DNA of 30,974 nt from Elusimicrobiota bacterium (GCA_043819795.1 JBDREN010000231.1:1-30974), one strand, 5' to 3'; shown: positions 16,601-26,100, counted from the first letter of the stretch. Made by a program: numbers and translations. The notes: generated by a model not told the origin, from the sequence alone.

Positions 16601-17905
16601 ATGACCGGCTTTTGGATCCTCGCGGCCCTCGCCGCGATCCTTCTGGCGGCCTTGATCGCGGTCTTGCGCCGGCTCTACGCCCTCGAGGTGAACGCCCCCG
16701 ACCCCGCGCTCGCGGCGGCCGGCCGGTCCGTCTCGCCGGAGCGGCTCGACGAGCTGCTCACGATACTCCTGGCGCTTCACGATTACGGCGTCGCCCGCAC
16801 CGGGAACGTCTCTCATGAGGAATTCTGCTCGCTCGTCATCGACAAAGCCTGCCGTCTCCTCAACTCGAAACGCGGCACGGTCATGCTCTACGACGAGGAC
16901 CAGAAGCTCCTTTCGGTCGTCGCGGCGAAGAGCCCCATCCCGGCGGGCAGGCCCCGCCTGAAGCTCAAGCCGGGGGAAGGCGTCGCGGGCCGGGCGTTCA
17001 AATCGGGGCGTCCGCTGCAGATCACCAAGCCGAAGCTCGACCCCCGCTACGTCCATCCCGGCGGGGAGGACGGCAATGACGACGAGCCGTTCCTGTCGGT
17101 CCCGATGATGCTGAAGTCGACGCCCGTGGGCGTGCTGAACATCCACGACACCGGCGGCACCGCGGTCCCCGACGACACGAAGCTCAGGTTCCTGACGCTG
17201 CTGGCCGGCGAGGCCGCCCTCACTCTGCACCACCAGAAGATGTACGACGACCTTCAGGTCTTCTACCTCCAGATCGTCCAGATGCTGGCCCGGGCCGTCG
17301 ACGAGAAGGACTCCTACACCCAGGACCGGGGCGAGCATTCCAGCGAGCTCGCGCGAGCGGTGGCCGACGAGCTCGGGTTGCCGGAGCAGATGGCCCGCTA
17401 CATGCAGTACGCGACGATGCTGCACGGCATCGGGAAGATCGGCATCGACCAGGCGATCCTGTCGAAGCCGGGGAAGCTCACTCCCCAGGAGTTCGAGCAG
17501 ATCAAGAAGCACACGACCATCGGCCACCGGATCCTGGCCCGAGTGAAATTCCTGGGGCCCGTCTCGAAGATGGTCCTATACCACCAGGAGTGGTACAACG
17601 GCAAGGGCTACCCGGAAGGGCTCCGGGGCGAGGAGATCCCGCTCGGCTCCCGGATCGTCGCCGTCATCAACGCCTGGGAGGCCATGAACACCGACCGGCC
17701 TTACCGCAAGGCCCTCACCCGCGAAAAAGCCCTCGGGGAGCTCAAGCGAGGGGCCGGGACCCAGTTCGATCCCAAGGTGGTCGAGGCCTTCATGCGCGTG
17801 GAAGCCCGCGAGGCCGAGGCCGACGGCTCGACCGAGCCCGACCCGGGAGCCCCGGCGGAGGAGACCGGCCGCATCGACGGCGCCGGGACCCGCGAGAGCC
17901 GCTGA
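16601..17905 (+). CDS. Membrane-anchored GAF plus degenerate HD-GYP domain protein
   Basis: N-terminal TM; GAF (GEGVAGRAF...FLSVPM...VGVLNI); LHGIGKIGI, HTTIG, YHQE...GYPEGL, IPLGSRIVAVINAWEAM, RPYR and GTQFDP. Confidence 0.9.
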   Translation: MTGFWILAALAAILLAALIAVLRRLYALEVNAPDPALAAAGRSVSPERLDELLTILLALHDYGVARTGNVSHEEFCSLVIDKACRLLNSKRGTVMLYDEDQKLLSVVAAKSPIPAGRPRLKLKPGEGVAGRAFKSGRPLQITKPKLDPRYVHPGGEDGNDDEPFLSVPMMLKSTPVGVLNIHDTGGTAVPDDTKLRFLTLLAGEAALTLHHQKMYDDLQVFYLQIVQMLARAVDEKDSYTQDRGEHSSELARAVADELGLPEQMARYMQYATMLHGIGKIGIDQAILSKPGKLTPQEFEQIKKHTTIGHRILARVKFLGPVSKMVLYHQEWYNGKGYPEGLRGEEIPLGSRIVAVINAWEAMNTDRPYRKALTREKALGELKRGAGTQFDPKVVEAFMRVEAREAEADGSTEPDPGAPAEETGRIDGAGTRESR

Positions 17906-18585
17906 TGCTCTACGTCGTCCCCACTCCCATAGGGAACCTTGAAGACCTCTCCGCGCGCGCGCTACGGACCTTGCGTGAGGTGCGCGCCATCTACTGCGAG
18001 GACACGCGCCGGACGCGCAAGCTGCTGGCCCACCACGGGCTCGGCACCCCGCTGATCCGGTACCAAGACCGGGACGAGCGGAGCGTCGAGCGCATTCTCT
18101 CCCGCCTGGCCGCGGGGGAGGACCTGGCCCTGGTTTCGGACTCGGGGACGCCGGTCATCTCCGACCCGGGGCTGCGGCTCGTCGCGCTGGCGCGCGCCAG
18201 GGACCTGCCGGTCTGCCCGCTCCCCGGACCCTGCGCGGCCGCCACCGCCGTCGCGGGCTCCGGCCTGCCGGGGGATGCCTTCGTCTTTCTCGGTTTCCTG
18301 CCCCGCTCCCGCTCGAAGCAGCGCCGCGCCCTCGAGGCCGCGGCCGCGATGGGGAAGACCATCGTCGTCTATGAGTCCCCGTACCGGGTCCTGAACCTGC
18401 TCGGCAGGGCCGAGGAGGCGCTCGGCGCCGACGCCCAGGCCGTCGCGTGCCGGGAGCTCAGCAAGGTGCATGAGGAGTGGCTGACCGGCTCCGTCGGCGG
18501 GGTCCGCCGCGTCCTGGAAAGCCGCGGCAAGCTCCTCGGGGAGTTCGTCCTGATGTTCCACCCAGCCGGACGCCGAGCGGCGTGA
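17905..18585 (+). CDS. rsmI: 16S rRNA (cytidine1402-2'-O)-methyltransferase
   Basis: MLYVVPTPIGNLEDLS, CEDTR, LVSDSGTPVISDPG, YESPYR and RELSKVHEE; TGATG overlap. Confidence 0.95.
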   Translation: MLYVVPTPIGNLEDLSARALRTLREVRAIYCEDTRRTRKLLAHHGLGTPLIRYQDRDERSVERILSRLAAGEDLALVSDSGTPVISDPGLRLVALARARDLPVCPLPGPCAAATAVAGSGLPGDAFVFLGFLPRSRSKQRRALEAAAAMGKTIVVYESPYRVLNLLGRAEEALGADAQAVACRELSKVHEEWLTGSVGGVRRVLESRGKLLGEFVLMFHPAGRRAA

Positions 18586-19226
18586 CAAGGATCATCCGCC
18601 TGGCCCCGGGAGAAACCCTGGCGCCGGAAGCGCTCGCTGAGGTCGCCCGGGCGGCGGCGGCGGGCAGGATCGTCGTCTTCCCCACCGACACCGTATACGG
18701 CATCGGCACGACCGCCCTCTCCGGAAGCGGCTCCCGCCGGATCTACCGGATCAAGAATCGCGATTCTAGGAAACCCCTGCCGATTTTGGTACATTCTAAG
18801 GAAGAAGCCCGGCGTTGGGTCGAGTGGACTCCGTGGGCGGAGGTTTTGGCCGAAAGGTTCTGGCCCGGCGCGCTGACGCTGGCGCTGCGCCCCACCCCGG
18901 AGGGGAGGCGGCTCATGCCGGGGCTGCCGGAGCTTCCCACGCTGGCCGTGCGGATGCCCGCGCATCCGGTGACGCTGAGCCTGCTGTCGACGGCCGGCGT
19001 CCCGTGGGCGAGCACCAGCGCGAACCGCTCCGGAACGCCGGCCCTAACGGAGGGCTCCGAGGCCGTCGAGGCCTTCTCCGGCGCGGCGGACTACATCGTG
19101 GCCGCCGGGAGCACCGGGGGCGCCGAGTCATCGGTGGTGGACGCCAGCGGCTCGAACGTCCGCGTGCTCCGCGAGGGCGCGCTGAAGCGGGAAGAGGTGC
19201 TCAAGGCGGCCTCCGAAGCCGCCTGA
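18582..19226 (+). CDS. tsaC: L-threonylcarbamoyladenylate synthase (Sua5/YrdC family)
   Basis: FPTDTVYGI, IYRIKNR...KPL, FWPGALT, AVRMP, STSANRSG and SSVVD; GTGA overlap. Confidence 0.92.
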   Translation: MTRIIRLAPGETLAPEALAEVARAAAAGRIVVFPTDTVYGIGTTALSGSGSRRIYRIKNRDSRKPLPILVHSKEEARRWVEWTPWAEVLAERFWPGALTLALRPTPEGRRLMPGLPELPTLAVRMPAHPVTLSLLSTAGVPWASTSANRSGTPALTEGSEAVEAFSGAADYIVAAGSTGGAESSVVDASGSNVRVLREGALKREEVLKAASEAA

Positions 19227-19236
19227 AACGAGACCA

Positions 19237-19695
19237 ATGAAGGTTCTTTTCATCTGCACGGGCAACACCTGCCGCAGCCTGATGGCGCAGTTCCTCATGA
19301 ACAAGAAGGCCGCCGACCGCGGGATGGCCGGCTGGGAGGCCCGTTCCGCCGGCGTGGCGGCCGAACGCTACTTCCAGGTCCCCCCCGGCGCGTGCCGCGC
19401 GCTCGCGGAGCGAGGCGTCGCGGAGATCAGTCATACGCCGCAGCTGGTGGGGCGGGAGATCCTCGGCTGGGCGGACGTCGTGCTGCCGATGACCCGCGGC
19501 CACCGCGAGTATCTTCTGGACGAATACCCGGAGTTCGGCTCGAAGGTGCGGCTCTTCTCGGAGGCGGCGGGCTGGGGCGAACGCGACGTGGAAGACCCCA
19601 TCGGGCAGCCGGACGCGGCCTATCGCCGCTGCCGGGACCTCCTCGAAGAAGGCCTGGAGAGCATCATCGGAAAACATGTCCCTGAAAAGCATTAG
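19237..19695 (+). CDS. Low-molecular-weight protein (arginine/tyrosine) phosphatase, YwlE-like
   Basis: CTGNTCRS P-loop, SAG and DVEDPIG; sits between sua5 and glyA as in the Bacillus ywl cluster. Confidence 0.88.
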   Translation: MKVLFICTGNTCRSLMAQFLMNKKAADRGMAGWEARSAGVAAERYFQVPPGACRALAERGVAEISHTPQLVGREILGWADVVLPMTRGHREYLLDEYPEFGSKVRLFSEAAGWGERDVEDPIGQPDAAYRRCRDLLEEGLESIIGKHVPEKH

Positions 19696-20950
19696 ATCGC
19701 AGGATCCCGAGCTCTACGAGTCTCTGATCGCCGAGACGCGCAGGCAGGTCGACAACCTGGAGCTGATCGCCTCCGAGAACTACGTCTCCCAGGCCGTGCT
19801 CGAGGCCCAGGGATCGGTCCTCACGAACAAGTACGCCGAAGGCTACCCCGGACGCCGCTACTACGGCGGCTGCGAGTTCGTGGACGTCGCCGAGCGGCTC
19901 GCCATCGACCGGGCGAAGAGGCTCTTCGGCGCCGAGCACGCGAACGTCCAGCCGCACTCGGGCACGCAGGCGAACATCGCGGCGTACCTCGCCATGATCG
20001 AGCCCGGCGACACGGTGATGGGCCTGAACCTCGCCCACGGCGGGCACCTCTCCCACGGCCACCCGCTGAACTTCTCCGGCCGGTATTTCGACATCGTCCC
20101 GGTCAACGTGCGGAGGGACACCGAGACGATCGACTACGAGGAGGCCGAGAAGCTCGTCGCCGAGCGCAAGCCGAAGATGCTCTTCATCGGCGCCTCGAAC
20201 TACTCCCGGGTGTTCGACTGGGAGCGCTTCCGGCGCATGGCCGATTCGGTCGGCGCCGTATTCGCCACCGACATCGCCCACTACGCGGGGCTCGTGGCCG
20301 CCGGGCTGTATCCCTCGCCGATCCCGCACGCGGACCTCACGACGACGACGACCCACAAGACGCTGCGGGGGCCGCGCGGCGGCATGATCCTGTGCCTGGA
20401 GAAGCACAAGAAAGCCGTCGACAAGCTCACCTTCCCCGGCACTCAAGGCGGGCCGCTCATGCACGTCATCGCGGCGAAGGCCGCCTGCTTCGCAGAGGCC
20501 CTCAAGCCCGAGTTCGCGGAGTACCAGAAGCGGGTGCTCGCGAACGCGCGGCGGCTGGCGAGATCCCTGCAGGAGAGTGGGCTGCGCATCGTCTCCGGGG
20601 GGACCGACTGCCACATGTTCTCCGTGGACCTGCGCCCGAAGAACGTGACGGGAAAGGAGGCCGAGGCCGCGCTGGACCGGGCCGGGATCACCGTCAACAA
20701 GAACGCCATCCCGTTCGATCCGCAAAAGCCGATGATCGCCAGCGGCGTCCGCATCGGCACCCCGGCCGTGACGACGCGCGGCATGGGCGAGCCCGAGATG
20801 GACCTGGTCGCCGAGCTCATCGACGACGCGCTCGGCCGCAAGGACGACGACGCGGCGCTCGCGGCGATCCGCGAGAAGGTCCGCGCGCTCACCTCCCGCT
20901 TTCCGATCTACGCCGAGCAGCTCGCCGAAGCCGCCTCGGGGAAGCCATGA
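19676..20950 (+). CDS. glyA: Serine hydroxymethyltransferase
   Basis: [42 protein letters not shown] and FPGTQGGP. Confidence 0.98.
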   Translation: MSLKSIRSQDPELYESLIAETRRQVDNLELIASENYVSQAVLEAQGSVLTNKYAEGYPGRRYYGGCEFVDVAERLAIDRAKRLFGAEHANVQPHSGTQANIAAYLAMIEPGDTVMGLNLAHGGHLSHGHPLNFSGRYFDIVPVNVRRDTETIDYEEAEKLVAERKPKMLFIGASNYSRVFDWERFRRMADSVGAVFATDIAHYAGLVAAGLYPSPIPHADLTTTTTHKTLRGPRGGMILCLEKHKKAVDKLTFPGTQGGPLMHVIAAKAACFAEALKPEFAEYQKRVLANARRLARSLQESGLRIVSGGTDCHMFSVDLRPKNVTGKEAEAALDRAGITVNKNAIPFDPQKPMIASGVRIGTPAVTTRGMGEPEMDLVAELIDDALGRKDDDAALAAIREKVRALTSRFPIYAEQLAEAASGKP

Positions 20951-21330
20951 TCGCGCAGATCCTCGTCGCCGACGACAACAAGGACATCCGGGAGATGCTG
21001 CGGGACTTCCTCGAGTCGCAGCACCATCGGGTGCTCGAGGCCACCGACGGGGCCCAGGCCTTCGCGATCGCCGAGCAGGAGATGCCCCACCTGATCATCA
21101 TGGACATCGTGATGCCCGGGGTCTACGGCTCGACGGCGACGAGGAAGATCCATGAGTACTGGCGCACGACGGAGATCCCGATCATCATCATCAGCGGCTC
21201 GGCCGACCAGGCCGTCCTGGGCGACCTTCTCAAGGATCCCAACATCCGCTACATGAAGAAACCGATCAACCTCAAAGAGCTGGAAAAGAACATCCGGGAG
21301 ATGCTGCCCAAGGGCGGCTATACACCCTGA
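20947..21330 (+). CDS. Single-domain response regulator (REC)
   Basis: [14 protein letters not shown] (phospho-Asp), IISG and MKKP; ATGA overlap with the glyA stop. Confidence 0.9.
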   Translation: MIAQILVADDNKDIREMLRDFLESQHHRVLEATDGAQAFAIAEQEMPHLIIMDIVMPGVYGSTATRKIHEYWRTTEIPIIIISGSADQAVLGDLLKDPNIRYMKKPINLKELEKNIREMLPKGGYTP

Positions 21331-21332
21331 CC

Positions 21333-22211
21333 ATGCCCGACAAGATCGACGAGAAAGTGCGGTTTGCCGTGATCGGAGGCTCCGGCCTCTACCGCATGAA
21401 GGACATCCGCGAGGTGCGCGAGGTCCCAATCGAGACCCCCTTCGGCGAGCCTTCCGACGCGGTCGTGACCGGCACGATCGCGGGAGCGCGCTGCGCGTTC
21501 CTGCCTCGCCACGGGCGAGGGCACCGCATCATGCCCTCCGAGATCAACAGCCGCGCCAACATCTGGGCCCTGAAATCCTTGGGCGTCGAACGCATCCTCG
21601 CCATGGGGGCGGTCGGATCGCTGCGCGAGGAGCTCAAGCCGCGCGACTTCGTGCTGCCCGAGCAGCTCGTCGACGAGACGAAGGGGCGGCGCTCGACCTT
21701 CTTCGGCGAGGGAGTCGTCGCGCACGTCGCCTTCGCGCGCCCCTTCTGCGACGCCACGTCGGACCTGCTCCACGAGACGGCCCGCGGGCTCGGCATCGCG
21801 TCCCACCGGGGAGGCACCTACGCCTGCATGGAGGGCCCCGCGTTCTCGACCAAGGCGGAGTCGCACATGCACCGCCGGATGGGCTATTCGGTCATCGGCA
21901 TGACCGCGATCGGGGAGTCGAAGCTGGCCCGCGAAGCCGAGATCTGCTACTCGGCGGTGGCGATGGTGACCGACTACGACTGCTGGAAGGAGGACGACGA
22001 GGTCTCGACCGAGAAGGTCGTCGAGCACCTCGCGGCCAACGTGGCGAACGCCCAGCGGCTCATCGAGGCGGTCCTGCCGAAGCTCGCCGGAGCGCCGCGA
22101 AGCTGCGCCTGCGCGAGCGCCCTGCGCGGCGCGATCTTCACCCAGCCGGACGCGATGGACAAGAAGACCGCGGCGAAACTGGATCTGCTGATCGGGAAGT
22201 ATGTCCGCTGA
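21333..22211 (+). CDS. mtnP: S-methyl-5'-thioadenosine phosphorylase
   Basis: IGGSG, TPFGEPS, FLPRHG, RANIWALK, EGPAFSTKAES, IGMT and VTDYDCW. Confidence 0.93.
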   Translation: MPDKIDEKVRFAVIGGSGLYRMKDIREVREVPIETPFGEPSDAVVTGTIAGARCAFLPRHGRGHRIMPSEINSRANIWALKSLGVERILAMGAVGSLREELKPRDFVLPEQLVDETKGRRSTFFGEGVVAHVAFARPFCDATSDLLHETARGLGIASHRGGTYACMEGPAFSTKAESHMHRRMGYSVIGMTAIGESKLAREAEICYSAVAMVTDYDCWKEDDEVSTEKVVEHLAANVANAQRLIEAVLPKLAGAPRSCACASALRGAIFTQPDAMDKKTAAKLDLLIGKYVR

Positions 22212-23274
22212 CGCCGAGGCCGAGGTCCTCCGCGCGATGCCGAAAGTGGACAGCCACTGCCACCTCGACGGCTCGCTGCGCCCGGAGACGGTCCTCGACC
22301 TCGCGAAGCGCCTCAATATCAGGCTGCCCGCCGATAACGCCGCGGACCTGCGGCGCTTCGTCACCGTGTCGCCGGACTGCCGCTCCCTCGAGGAGTTCCT
22401 CGAGGTCTTCGAGCGCCTGTACCCGCTGCTCCGCGATCCGGCCTCGCTCGAGCGCATCGCCTACGAGCTGACCGCCGACTGCGCGGCCGAGAACATCCGG
22501 CATCTCGAGGTCCGCTTCGCGCCCGCCCTGCAGGCGCACGACAAGTTCCCGATCCCGCAGGTCGTCGAGGCCACCCTGCGCGGCCTGCGCCGGGGCCTCA
22601 AGGACCACGCCGTGACGAGCGGCGTGATCCTCTGCCTGTACCGGGGCCTCGGCCGGAAGGAGAACCGCGCGACGCTGGAGGGACTGAAGTCCTTTTACGA
22701 TCCGGCCAACGGGCTCGCCGAGCCGGGCGTCGTCGGCATGGACCTGGCCGGCGACGAGGCCAGCCATCCCATCGCCGAGTACGCCGACCTCTTCCAGGAG
22801 GCCCGCCGGCTCGGGATCCCCTCCACGTGCCACGCCGGCGAGACGGGCGGCGCCGAGAACGTCCGCGGGGCCTTGGAGCTCGGCGTGCGCCGCATCGGGC
22901 ACGGCGTCGGAGTCCACGGGGACGAGCCCCTGCTCCGGGAGATCGTCCGGCGCCGGATCCCGCTCGAGATCTCGATCACCTCGAACCTCCGGACGAAGTC
23001 GGTGCGGGACCTGGCCTCGCATCCCCTGCGGCGCTTCTACGAGGCCGGCGCGCCGGTCACGCTGAACACCGACGACCCCGGCGTCATCGGCATCAGGCTG
23101 ACCGACGAGTATCGGACGGCGCGCGGGATGGGCTTCTCGATCGACGAGCTCGCCCGCGTCGCGATCGAGGCGGTGGACCACCTTTTCCTGCCGGCGGGTG
23201 ACCGGAAGACGCTCAAAGCCGCCTTCGACCGCGAGATGAAGGCGGTTTTCAACGGAAGGAGGGTGGGTCCATGA
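22201..23274 (+). CDS. add: Adenosine/adenine deaminase family
   Basis: HCHLDGS, EVRFAP, DLAGDE, HAGE, RIGHG and NTDDP. Confidence 0.9.
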   Translation: MSADAEAEVLRAMPKVDSHCHLDGSLRPETVLDLAKRLNIRLPADNAADLRRFVTVSPDCRSLEEFLEVFERLYPLLRDPASLERIAYELTADCAAENIRHLEVRFAPALQAHDKFPIPQVVEATLRGLRRGLKDHAVTSGVILCLYRGLGRKENRATLEGLKSFYDPANGLAEPGVVGMDLAGDEASHPIAEYADLFQEARRLGIPSTCHAGETGGAENVRGALELGVRRIGHGVGVHGDEPLLREIVRRRIPLEISITSNLRTKSVRDLASHPLRRFYEAGAPVTLNTDDPGVIGIRLTDEYRTARGMGFSIDELARVAIEAVDHLFLPAGDRKTLKAAFDREMKAVFNGRRVGP

Positions 23275-23882
23275 TCCAAAAGGAAATCCGCAAGCTCATC
23301 GATATGGCGAAGCGGGCGCGCCGCAAGGCCTACTGCCCCTACTCGCGCTATCCCATCGGCGCGGCCGTCCTCACGGACTCGGGGAAGTACTTCTCCGGCG
23401 CCAACGTCGAGAACGCCTCCTACGGCCTGAGCCTCTGCGCTGAGCGCGTCGCCATATTCAACGCCGTCACCCGCGGAGCCAAGGCGCTCCGGGCCATCTG
23501 CGTGATCGGGCGCTCCGCGAGGCCCTGCGGCGCCTGCCGGCAGGTAATGCTCGAGTTCAGCGCGAAGGACACCCAGCTCATCACCGTGGACATCGGCACC
23601 GACTCCAGCCGCGAGGCCATCACCCGCACGCGGATGTTCAAGATGCTCCCCAACGCGTTCGACCCCATGGAAGCCGGCCTGCTCCCGCCGAACCCCCTGA
23701 ATCTCCTGAGGAGGAAGAAAGGCCGCTCCGCGCCGACCGCCGCCCGGAGGCGGCGCGCCGCTCACCGGAAACGCCGCGCCGCATCCACAAAGTCCTCCCC
23801 GCGGGGCCGCCGCCCCAGGGCCGCCGCCCCGGGCTCGGCCAGGAGCCCGCGCGGCAGGCGGGCGGCGAGAAAGAAGAGGTAG
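23271..23882 (+). CDS. cdd: Cytidine deaminase (homotetrameric type) with an Arg/Lys-rich C-terminal extension
   Basis: AYCPYS, GANVENASYGLSLCAER and PCGACRQ; basic tail of about 60 aa. Confidence 0.92.
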   Translation: MIQKEIRKLIDMAKRARRKAYCPYSRYPIGAAVLTDSGKYFSGANVENASYGLSLCAERVAIFNAVTRGAKALRAICVIGRSARPCGACRQVMLEFSAKDTQLITVDIGTDSSREAITRTRMFKMLPNAFDPMEAGLLPPNPLNLLRRKKGRSAPTAARRRRAAHRKRRAASTKSSPRGRRPRAAAPGSARSPRGRRAARKKR

Positions 23883-23885
23883 AGC

Positions 23886-24281
23886 ATGCGCCCCCCCACC
23901 CCTTCGACACCGATCAAGAGCGTCATGGACTGGCTGCGCTCGACCGACCTGGCCGAGGTCTCGTACCGGCGCGGCGGCGACGGCATCCATCTCCGGCTCG
24001 ATGAGGGCGCCGGCGTCCCGGAGCCGTCCTTCCCTCCCTGCCCCCTCGTTGCGGTCACCTCTCCCGAGGTGGGCGTCTTCCGGTCGAGCGCCCTCGGAAA
24101 GCCGCCCGCCGCCGAGCGCGGCCGCGACGTGAAGGAAGGCCAGACCCTCGGGCTCGTCGAGACCGGCGACTCCGAGCACAAGATAGCGGCTCCGGTCTCG
24201 GGCCGCATCGTTTCGGCTCACATCGAGGAGGGGAGCGCGGTCGAGTACGGCCAGCCGCTCTTCTTCATCAGGCCCCGGTGA
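23886..24281 (+). CDS. AccB/BCCP-like biotinyl-domain protein lacking the biotin-accepting lysine
   Basis: AccB-like N-terminus (IKSVMDWLRSTDLAEVSY), VTSPEVGVF, VKEGQTLGLVE and VEYGQPLF; AMKM is replaced by TGDS. Confidence 0.85.
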   Translation: MRPPTPSTPIKSVMDWLRSTDLAEVSYRRGGDGIHLRLDEGAGVPEPSFPPCPLVAVTSPEVGVFRSSALGKPPAAERGRDVKEGQTLGLVETGDSEHKIAAPVSGRIVSAHIEEGSAVEYGQPLFFIRPR

Positions 24282-24282
24282 C

Positions 24283-26100
24283 GTGAGCGGCAAGCCGTCA
24301 AAAGTCCTCTGCTCTAAATGCGGGGCCCCGGGCTCCCCCGAGGCTCAGCAGCCCGTCTGCGCCGAATGCGGCGGGCGCGTCGTGCGCGTCTGCGGCGCCT
24401 GCGGCTTCAAGAACTCCGCCGCCAAGAACTACTGCGACGTCTGCGGCGAGCGCGTCGACGCCGCCGGAACCGGACCGGCCGAGCCCCGCGGCCCCTCCGC
24501 CGGAAAGGCGGCCGCGCCCGTCCGCGAGCCTCCGCAGGAAGCCGCGCCCGTCCGCGAGCCTTCGCGGGAAGCCGCGCCCTCGTCCTCGCCGGAGGGCGAC
24601 GGCGACGAGGGGAACGGCGAAGAGGAAAAGAAGCGGAAGGACGCCGTGCTGGGACTCCCCAAGACCATGATCCGGCGCATCGCCGGGGGAAAGAAAGAGC
24701 CGTCCCAGCCGAAACCGGAGCCGAAGCGGCCCTCCCGGGAGGACCAGCCCCCTCCCGAGGCCCGGCACGAGCCCAAAGACGAAGCCGCTCCCGCCGAGAG
24801 AAAGCCGCGCTCCGACGCCGACGAGGGCCGGAGAGCGCCCGGATACGTTGCGCCGAGGCTGAAGCCGAAGCCGGTCGAAAAGGAAGCGCCGCGCGGGCAC
24901 AAGCCCGAGAGGCGAGAGCGGCTGGGCGCGATGACGCTCCGACGCGTCCAGGCCCGGCCCGTGTTCTCCACGGTCCTCGGCCTGGTCCTTCTCATCGTCG
25001 GCGCTCTGCTCTACGCCTACTTCTGGCAATCGCAACGGACGCCGGGCCGGATGCTCCTCGACACCACGGTGGACTACCTTGTCGCCCTGAAGGAGCGGGA
25101 CTACGCGAAGGCCTACGCCCTGCTCTCGGCCGATTCCAGGAGCACGTGCCCCCTGCCGCTGTTCAAGCGGCTGCAAGACGACTCCGTCTGGCAGTTCGAC
25201 GACGTCCGCGTAGAGGAAGTCGCCGAGGGCCGGGGGTTCGCGCGGTACAAGCTCTTCGTCTCCGGCAAGCCCGCCGAGGAGGACTGGCTCCATTTGGTGC
25301 TCGAGGACGGCGCGTGGCGGCGGGCCTACTGGTGGCACCTTATAGAGGACATCGAGACGGCCATCGAGCGCCGCGACTACACCGCGGCGCTGGGCCCCAT
25401 CGGCAAGGCCGCCAGGATCAACCCCCTGGATCCCATGGTCAACGCCTACCTCTGCGAGACGGCCTATCACATCCAGGACTACGCCGCGGCCGCGCGGAAC
25501 TGCGCGCGGGCGCTGAAGGCGGCGAAGAGGTTCCCGTCGCGCCTCGGGCGGGCGGGGCTCATCCAGCTGCATACGATCCTCGCGGACCTCTACCGCAACC
25601 ATCGCGGGGACACGGCGGCGGCCGAGCGCGAATACGGCGTCCTGCTGGGCTTCCCGGATCTCTCATCGGCCGAGCGCTGCGACCTACTCCTGGCCCGCGC
25701 CGACAGCCGCTACGACCTCGGAGGGTTCGAGCGGGCCGTCGAGGATTTCGACATGGCTCGCGGCTTCTGCCGCGACCAAGACGACATCGCCTACCTCGAG
25801 CGCGCCGTGCGGGTGCTTTCCGCCCGCGCGGGCTCGGAGGCGGTGGCGCTCGTGGAGAGATACCGCCTTCCCGGCGGCGAGCAGACGCTGCTCGAATGGC
25901 GCGCGAGATCGGACGCCGAGATCTCGAAGCGTCTGAAGACCGGCGGCGCGGGGGCCTCTTCGCGCAAGGAGCGGTGGATCCCCGAGCACGTGCGGGGAGG
26001 GGAATACCGGGTCTCCGTGCGCGACGGGCAGACCGAGGTCCTGACGGCGAAAGTCGACCTCTGGACGCACCGGGTCGAGGTGGATATCCATGTTCAGTAA
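24283..26100 (+). CDS. Double zinc-ribbon, Pro/Glu linker, single-TM, TPR-like protein
   Basis: Four CxxC motifs at the N-terminus, a low-complexity linker, TM FSTVLGLVLLIVGALLYAYFW and TPR-like helices (AYLCETAYHIQDYAAAARNC, ARADSRYDLGGFERAVEDF). Confidence 0.8.
   Translation: MSGKPSKVLCSKCGAPGSPEAQQPVCAECGGRVVRVCGACGFKNSAAKNYCDVCGERVDAAGTGPAEPRGPSAGKAAAPVREPPQEAAPVREPSREAAPSSSPEGDGDEGNGEEEKKRKDAVLGLPKTMIRRIAGGKKEPSQPKPEPKRPSREDQPPPEARHEPKDEAAPAERKPRSDADEGRRAPGYVAPRLKPKPVEKEAPRGHKPERRERLGAMTLRRVQARPVFSTVLGLVLLIVGALLYAYFWQSQRTPGRMLLDTTVDYLVALKERDYAKAYALLSADSRSTCPLPLFKRLQDDSVWQFDDVRVEEVAEGRGFARYKLFVSGKPAEEDWLHLVLEDGAWRRAYWWHLIEDIETAIERRDYTAALGPIGKAARINPLDPMVNAYLCETAYHIQDYAAAARNCARALKAAKRFPSRLGRAGLIQLHTILADLYRNHRGDTAAAEREYGVLLGFPDLSSAERCDLLLARADSRYDLGGFERAVEDFDMARGFCRDQDDIAYLERAVRVLSARAGSEAVALVERYRLPGGEQTLLEWRARSDAEISKRLKTGGAGASSRKERWIPEHVRGGEYRVSVRDGQTEVLTAKVDLWTHRVEVDIHVQ
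24511..24579 (+). repeat. Intragenic 30-nt tandem repeat (AAPVREP[P/S][Q/R]E, about 2.3 copies)
   Basis: GCCGCGCCCGTCCGCGAGCCT at 24511 and 24541; partial copy at 24571. Confidence 0.85.
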
